A DNA stretch of 64,000 bases, from positions 3,909 to 67,908 of the forward strand of contig DDXV01000016.1 of the NCBI GenBank assembly GCA_002347815.1. The letters run 5' to 3'. A program made the position numbers and the translations under genes. The stretch comes from Syntrophaceae bacterium UBA2251. Its GTDB lineage: Bacteria; Desulfobacterota; Syntrophia; Syntrophales; UBA2251. Of this stretch, positions 60,562-64,000 are shown one piece after another (position 1 is the stretch's first letter; every line of letters starts with the position of its first letter). The notes beneath the pieces are model-generated. The model was not told the DNA's origin. It saw only the letters and a program-made list of their open reading frames with translations, and searched no databases.

Positions 60562-61386
60562 TCATTCATAGCGGACGAGGCTGTCGATCCGCCCCATCAG
60601 TTCCGCCACGGCACGCTCCACGTCCGCCACCGCCACGCGGACGGCGGCCTGCGGGCAGACGGCGGCGCACCGGCCGCAGCCCTTGCACAGGGCGGCGTCG
60701 TGAACGATCCCCCCGCCCTCCAGGCGGATCGCCCCCATGAAGCACTCCTCCACACAGGCGCCGCACCGCACGCACAGATCCGGATCGACGGTGATCGCGA
60801 GCCCGGCCAGCGGATGAATGGCCGCCTGGGCCTCGGCCGGCAGATAACGGCCGGAATTCATGATCGTGCAGCAGCACCGGCAGCAGTAACAGATCGTCAG
60901 CAGTTTCCCCCGGTCCTTCACCCCCCAGATGAAGTTATCGATCCGGACGCGTCCGGTCATGGGGATGAGCCCTTCCCGAAGGGCGGCCTCCAGATGCGCC
61001 AGAGCCTCCTCCACCGTGACGTGGCGGGCGATCCGGGGATCGATCTCCTTCGTCCCCTCCCCCAGGAGGGTGCAGCCCATCGTGACGGGATGGCGGCGGC
61101 ACGATTTCGCGTCCCGGCAGGTGCAGCGGTTGATGAGGACCCGATGGGAGGAACGGCGGATGAGCGCCTCCACGACCTGGCGGGGCAGGAGGGTGCTGGC
61201 GCTGCCGCCGGCCTCTTCGTTGACGGGGAGGTAGGTGATGTTGAGGTTTTTCCCGGTAAAGAGGGGCAGGCTGCCCCAGGCGACCGCCCGGCCGACGATG
61301 GGCCAGCGGGTCATGCGCGCGCTGATCCAGGTCAAGGGCCAGATCCTGGCCAGAACGGCCAGCCACCATGCGGGTCTGACGGACAT
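60562..61386 (-). CDS. Cys-rich 4Fe-4S ferredoxin-domain protein with N-terminal hydrophobic segment (274 aa)
   Basis: CVRCGACVEECF and CKGCGRCAAVCP form a 2x[4Fe-4S] motif. CTCRDAKSCRRHPVTMGC and ICYCCRCCCTIM are also present. GGGAGG lies before the ATG at 61386. The track ORF extension to 61887 is rejected. Confidence 0.75.
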   Translation of the reverse strand: MSVRPAWWLAVLARIWPLTWISARMTRWPIVGRAVAWGSLPLFTGKNLNITYLPVNEEAGGSASTLLPRQVVEALIRRSSHRVLINRCTCRDAKSCRRHPVTMGCTLLGEGTKEIDPRIARHVTVEEALAHLEAALREGLIPMTGRVRIDNFIWGVKDRGKLLTICYCCRCCCTIMNSGRYLPAEAQAAIHPLAGLAITVDPDLCVRCGACVEECFMGAIRLEGGGIVHDAALCKGCGRCAAVCPQAAVRVAVADVERAVAELMGRIDSLVRYE

Positions 61387-61723
61387 GTTGCCTCCCTTCC
61401 CGGCCCGCAAACGGCCACGGCGACGCCGCTCGGGATCCGGATCCCGGGATCTTGATCCCCCCGGCGGATCCATGTATTTCAAATAGACGCATCCCCGCGC
61501 CGTTGTCAAGACCTCCGTCGGGGATCCGGGGGATGGACCGTCCGGCAGCGAGCCCAAGGAGGGTCCGTCCGGGCCGGCGGCCGGGGCGGGGCGTATTTTT
61601 CCTTGATTTCCCGGGGCTTCTTGTCTATGCCTGCCCGCGCCGACGCCGAGCGCGTGCACCGCCGGAAGGACGCGGGGGGGGCGCACGATCGGACGAAAAC
61701 CTTGACCCAGGAGTCCGTTTCCG

Positions 61724-62071
61724 GTGTTCAAAACCGTCGTGCTGCTGTTTTTCTCCAACCTGTTCATGACGTTCGCCGGGTACGGCCATCTCAAGTACAT
61801 GAACGGCCGGCCGCTCCTGGTCGTCATCCTGCTGAGCTGGGGCATCGCCCTGTTCGAGTACACTCTCCAGGTCCCCGCCAACCGCATCGGGTTCCACTAT
61901 TACAACCTCGGTCAATTGAAGGTGATCCAGGAAATCATCACCATGACGGTCTTCGCCGGATTCGTCTTTCTCGTCATGAAACAGCCGCTCAAATGGGACT
62001 ACCTGTGGGCGGGGCTTTGCCTGGTCGGCGCCGCCTACTTCATGTTCCGCGGCGGTCTGCCCCCCGCCTGA
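61724..62071 (+). CDS. Small DMT-superfamily membrane protein (DUF486-like)
   Basis: MFKTVVLLFFSNLFMTFAGYGHLKY...LGQLKVIQEIITMTVFAGFVFLVM is 115 aa long with four predicted TM helices. Confidence 0.7.
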   Translation: MFKTVVLLFFSNLFMTFAGYGHLKYMNGRPLLVVILLSWGIALFEYTLQVPANRIGFHYYNLGQLKVIQEIITMTVFAGFVFLVMKQPLKWDYLWAGLCLVGAAYFMFRGGLPPA

Positions 62072-62190
62072 TCGCGTTCCGTTCCCCCTTCGCCCTCCCC
62101 TGAAGCCCGCCCGGACCGGCGGCCATGACAACGGACAGCCGCCCGCCGACGCTCCCCGCCGGGGACAGGCATTCCCTTCCGGAAAATCGC

Positions 62191-62219
62191 TTGACATGAA
62201 ATATGAATTCAATTATTGA
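62191..62219 (+). promoter_or_regulatory. Putative promoter of the carboxyltransferase gene
   Basis: TTGACA (62191-62196), N17, TATTGA (62214-62219). The inverted repeat GAACC-GAATCA-GGTTC (62218-62233) overlaps the -10/TSS region. Confidence 0.4.
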
Positions 62220-62396
62220 ACCGAATCAGGTTCAGATTGTGAACTGGATAATCCCGTTTTAGAACCTTCTCGGCTTCATCGATCGCAAAACCTTTTCGCC
62301 CCTTGAGCCCCCGGATCCGTTAAACGACCGGGGGGAGATTTTCAGTCATCCGATTTCCACAGATTCAACCCATTTCGTCGACCACACGGAGGGCTT

Positions 62397-64000
62397 ATGG
62401 AGGTCATCGAGACGAGAATCGATCCCCGCTCGGAGGCGTATCGCGAGAATTACGAAGCCATGGAGGCCCTGGTGGCGACGCTGAAGGAGGAACTCCGGAT
62501 TGCCCGGGAGGACCGCTCGCCGCAGGCCCGGAACCGTCTCGCCTCCCAGGGAAAGATGCCCATGCGGGAAAAGCTCGACCTGCTGCTGGACCGGAACACC
62601 CCGTTTCTGGAGATCGCCCCGCTGGCCGCCCGGGGGCTCTACGACGGCAAGATTCACGGGGCGGGGCTGGTCTCCGGGATCGGCGTCGTCGGCGGGAGGG
62701 AAGTCCTGATCACCGGCAACGACGCGATGATCAAGGGGGGCGCCACCTATCCCCTGACGCTGAAGAAAAGTCTCCGCTGCCAGACGATCGCCATGGAAAA
62801 TCGCCTGCCCACGATCACCCTCATCGACTCGGCGGGCGGCTACCTGCAGCTGCAGTCCGAGGTTTTTCCGGATCTCGATGACGGCGGACGGGTTTTCTAT
62901 AACCAGGCGATCATGTCCAAGATGGGGGTTCCCCAGATCACGGCCGTCATGGGGCTCTGCACCGCGGGCGGCGCGTACGTGCCCGCCATGTCCGACGAGA
63001 CGGTGCACGTCAAGGGGACGGGCGCCATCTTCCTGGGGGGGCCGCCCCTCGTCAAGGCGGCCACGGGCGAGGAGGTGACGGCGGACGAACTGGGGGGCGC
63101 GGACCTGCACTGCCGCGAATCCGGCGTCTCCGACTATTATGCCGAGGACGACCGGCACGCCATCGCCATCCTGCGCAACATCGTCGAAACCCTGCCGCGG
63201 ACGGAAAAGGCCCGCCTGACGATGCATGAACCGGCGCCGCCGCTGTACGATCCGAAGGAGATCTACGGCATTGTCAGTCGCGAACTGAAGGCGCCCTACG
63301 ACGTGCGCGAGCTGATCGCGCGGATCGTGGACCGCAGCGAATTCCTGGAGTTCAAGGAGCTGTACGCGCCGACCCTGGTCTGCGGCTGGGCGTACCTCCA
63401 CGGCTACCCCGTGGGCATCCTGGGCAACAACGGCGTGCTGTTTCCCGACAGCGCCCTGAAGGGGACCCAGTTCATCCAGCTGTGCGACCGGCGTCAGATC
63501 CCCCTGATCTTCCTCCAGAACATCAACGGATTCATCATCGGCAGCGAGTACGAGCGGCTCGGCATCACGAAAAACGGCCACAAGATGGTCAACGCCGTGG
63601 CCACGGCGACCGTGCCAAAGTTCACCGTGATCGTGGGCGCCTCGTTCGGGGCCGGCAATTACGCCATGTGCGGCCGGGCCTATTCCCCGCGCTTTCTGTG
63701 GATGTGGCCCAACGCGGAAATCGCCGTGATGGGCGGGGAGCAGGCCGCCGGCGTCCTCGTCACCCTGAGAAACGACCAGCTCGCCAAGGCGGGGAAACCG
63801 CCCCTGACGGAGGAGGAGGCGGCGCAGATCCGGGATCCGGTGGTCGCCGCCACCCGGACGGAGAGCAACGCCTACTACAGCACGGCCCAACTGTGGGACG
63901 ACGGCATCCTCGATCCGGCCGATACCCGCGATGTGCTGGGGCTCGCGATATCCGCGGCCCTGAACGCCCCCATCCGCGACGATGTCTTCGGATACGGCAT
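62397..64000 (+). CDS. Acyl-CoA carboxylase carboxyltransferase (beta) subunit, MccB-like (methylcrotonyl-/geranyl-CoA carboxylase family); 3' end beyond the window
   Basis: It is not in the ORF track because it has no stop in the window. My translation is MEVIETRIDPRSEAYRENYEAMEALVATLKEEL...GKMPMREKLDLLLDRNTPFLEIAPLAA...ITGNDAMIKGGATYPLTLKKSLRCQTIAMENRLPTITLIDSAGGYLQLQSEVFPD...VMGLCTAGGAYVPAMSDE...FLGGPPLVKAATGEEV. GGAGGG RBS. Confidence 0.85.
   Translation, partial: MEVIETRIDPRSEAYRENYEAMEALVATLKEELRIAREDRSPQARNRLASQGKMPMREKLDLLLDRNTPFLEIAPLAARGLYDGKIHGAGLVSGIGVVGGREVLITGNDAMIKGGATYPLTLKKSLRCQTIAMENRLPTITLIDSAGGYLQLQSEVFPDLDDGGRVFYNQAIMSKMGVPQITAVMGLCTAGGAYVPAMSDETVHVKGTGAIFLGGPPLVKAATGEEVTADELGGADLHCRESGVSDYYAEDDRHAIAILRNIVETLPRTEKARLTMHEPAPPLYDPKEIYGIVSRELKAPYDVRELIARIVDRSEFLEFKELYAPTLVCGWAYLHGYPVGILGNNGVLFPDSALKGTQFIQLCDRRQIPLIFLQNINGFIIGSEYERLGITKNGHKMVNAVATATVPKFTVIVGASFGAGNYAMCGRAYSPRFLWMWPNAEIAVMGGEQAAGVLVTLRNDQLAKAGKPPLTEEEAAQIRDPVVAATRTESNAYYSTAQLWDDGILDPADTRDVLGLAISAALNAPIRDDVFGYG

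Overview
The window is GC-rich bacterial chromosomal DNA. The gene content resembles an anaerobic, possibly syntrophic, Desulfobacterota-type acyl-CoA degrader, but this is inference only. No rRNA, tRNA, CRISPR array or mobile element was recognised.

Positions 1-25.9 kb form one long minus-strand array of acyl-CoA metabolism genes behind a TetR regulator:
- A TetR-headed unit: 600-aa ACAD, MaoC hydratase, SpoIIE-like protein, ACAD, PHP phosphoesterase.
- A downstream unit: PaaK-like ligase, a decayed acyl-CoA synthetase, Hbd, crotonase and two genuine thiolases.
- Two paralogous modules, each with two thiolase-fold proteins that lack the catalytic Cys plus two DUF35 Zn-ribbon/OB proteins.
- Two CrtI-like flavoproteins, a deleted remnant of a third, one more ACAD and a second hbd.

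The rest of the window is mostly housekeeping:
- Central and amino-sugar metabolism: mdh, glmM, a NagB-like gene, a YbgA-like gene.
- Signalling: a CHASE2 Ser/Thr kinase, PP2C and double-FHA operon.
- One-carbon and redox: a GcvR-like ACT gene, fhs and a peroxiredoxin, followed by an orphan Tat-FeS plus cytochrome b pair.
- Nucleotide synthesis: a PurS-PurS-PurL fusion, purQ, rnk, pyrG.
- A giant GlmS-like amidotransferase with a beta-helix neighbour.
- Others: fis-like, moaC, comM/yifB, ilvE, lolA, a glycogen debranching enzyme, a Cys-rich FeS protein, a DMT protein and a partial MccB-like carboxyltransferase.

Most notable observations:
1. A Bcp-type peroxiredoxin has an in-frame UGA at the peroxidatic Cys position and a SECIS-like hairpin, so it is a likely selenoprotein that ORF calling missed.
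2. The Cys-less thiolase-fold/DUF35 heteromeric modules sit next to CrtI-like flavoproteins.
3. A near-identical 14-bp palindrome lies in front of both the TetR gene and the PaaK-like gene.
4. A canonical intrinsic-terminator hairpin sits immediately before the Ntn-Cys codon of the giant amidotransferase.
5. An AT-rich intergenic island contains a 12-bp-phased array of DnaA-box-like sequences.

The many long ORFs antisense to these genes are GC-driven artefacts.
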